A stretch of 64,000 bases of DNA from Amphiscolops sp. MND2022. Its lineage: Eukaryota. Where the stretch lies: NCBI GenBank assembly GCA_964187785.1, contig OZ076409.1, positions 3,846,001 through 3,910,000 on the forward strand, written 5' to 3'. Below are positions 62,816 through 64,000 of this stretch, piece by piece; the stretch's first letter is position 1; every line of letters begins with the position of its first letter. Under the pieces are notes generated by a model. It saw nothing but the letters and a program-made list of their open reading frames with translations. It was not told the origin of the DNA and ran no database searches. The translations under genes and the position numbers were made by a program.

Positions 62816-64000
62816 ACTAATTGCAATTGTTGCTTTTGTTGTCGACAAATTGTTTCTAACTGAAATTCCTGCTACCATCATCTTTTTTGTTTCAGACAAA
62901 CTTGCCGAAATTGTTTTCTTGATGCTCCTCATTTTTTTCACCCTCAACAGATTTTTTTTACTCGTTCGAAACATTTCCTTTTCCCTAAATCAATCACTCT
63001 CTAATCTTTTACTCTCCAATATCACCTACTTAAAACAAACCTCCACCAACCATACAAGTATCGTTGCTCATCTACAAATTTGCATCTTTCTTTTTCTCTT
63101 AGACTCTAGTCATACGAAGCACCAACATGGATTTTAACCAATACGTCTAGTATCAGTCTCTTCACAATATTCTTTCAATCACACTGCCTCTTATACTATC
63201 AATTTCTCCTCTTTGAAATCCACAGAACTCTTTATCATCTCTCTACTCGACAATCCATTCACCTCGACATAATAGTAGATAGACTTGGGTTATATTTCCA
63301 TCGCCGCTTTCATTCATATTGACAACTCAAACAAATTCTCTTCAAATCCCTAGACAATCTCATTTAAAATCCCACTGTTCCTCTTCCTTTTGAAACGTGT
63401 CACGAAGATCTTTACACCATACCTCTTATTCGTGAACATCATGACTCCTACTTTTACCTTTTCGATAGTCACTCTGTAACAGAAAAAACCAGATAAAGTT
63501 ACTTTTTCAATCCCTTTCACGTCTCCTCTTACTTCTGATGAAACCCTCAGAAACAATATTCACCCTCCCAAAATATACATACCCATTTCTAAAGTTTTCA
63601 TAACGTTTCCCAAAAACCTCTCTAAACAAAATAACCTCTTATTCCAACAGTTTTAATCCATCCGTCATACAGGCACTCCTCCACAAGGACCTTCGTTTTA
63701 ACCTCCCTTATTGACCTCCCTAATATTGAATTACTTCGAGCCACTGAAGATAACCCTCATCTTCGGCTTCAAAGAGATATCCTTCAAATTAATTATTTTC
63801 AATATCACTTTTTTCCAAAACCTTACATTAAACACAGCAACTAAAGAGCAAATCCAAATACACTCCGTTTTCCTTCAAATCTTTTTCAACACAACTTTCA
63901 ACTCCTTTGAGATTCAAAATTCCAACATGGTTGTCTTAATTTGCCCTCCCAGTTACCTCACGATGTTTGCCGCCCATTTATAGCTAATAACGAAAAGAAA

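Noticed and set aside
62850..63983. Short ORFs in the pyrimidine-skewed right end
   Set aside because: Non-ATG starts, low complexity and no recognisable motif.

Overview
A eukaryotic (most likely invertebrate animal) genomic window made almost entirely of nested transposable elements and endogenous viral remnants. No rRNA, tRNA gene or CRISPR array was found. Left to right: (1) 1-6903, minus strand, a lightly mutated Ty3/Gypsy LTR retrotransposon running off the left edge, with an 800-bp 5' LTR, a tRNA-Asn-like PBS, a canonical TTTAAAC -1 frameshift site, and a TARG1/OARD1-class macrodomain inserted in Pol between RNase H and integrase; (2) two copies of a Helentron-associated (HINE/DINE-1-like) non-autonomous element; (3) exons of two small paralogous host genes with an F-type-lectin-like C-terminus; (4) 13364-~22900, a right-truncated, decayed Polinton/Maverick (adintovirus-like) with an AGTAGTAG terminus, zinc-finger plus protein-primed PolB with a Vsr-like insert, a PC4-like gene, a 2-TM protein and a packaging ATPase; (5) 27492-46039, a full-length 18.5-kb env-bearing Ty3/Gypsy element with two LTRs, a CTAA target-site duplication, an RS-rich Gag, a class III (gB/chuvirus-G-like) fusion glycoprotein and several extra ORFs, apparently inserted into an older solo LTR; (6) a decayed plus-strand Gypsy with a microhomology-joined internal duplication, followed by a spliced antisense gene of unknown family; (7) another Gypsy integrase remnant caught in a 1.79-kb tandem duplication. 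All family assignments come from motifs recognised by eye; no database search was run.
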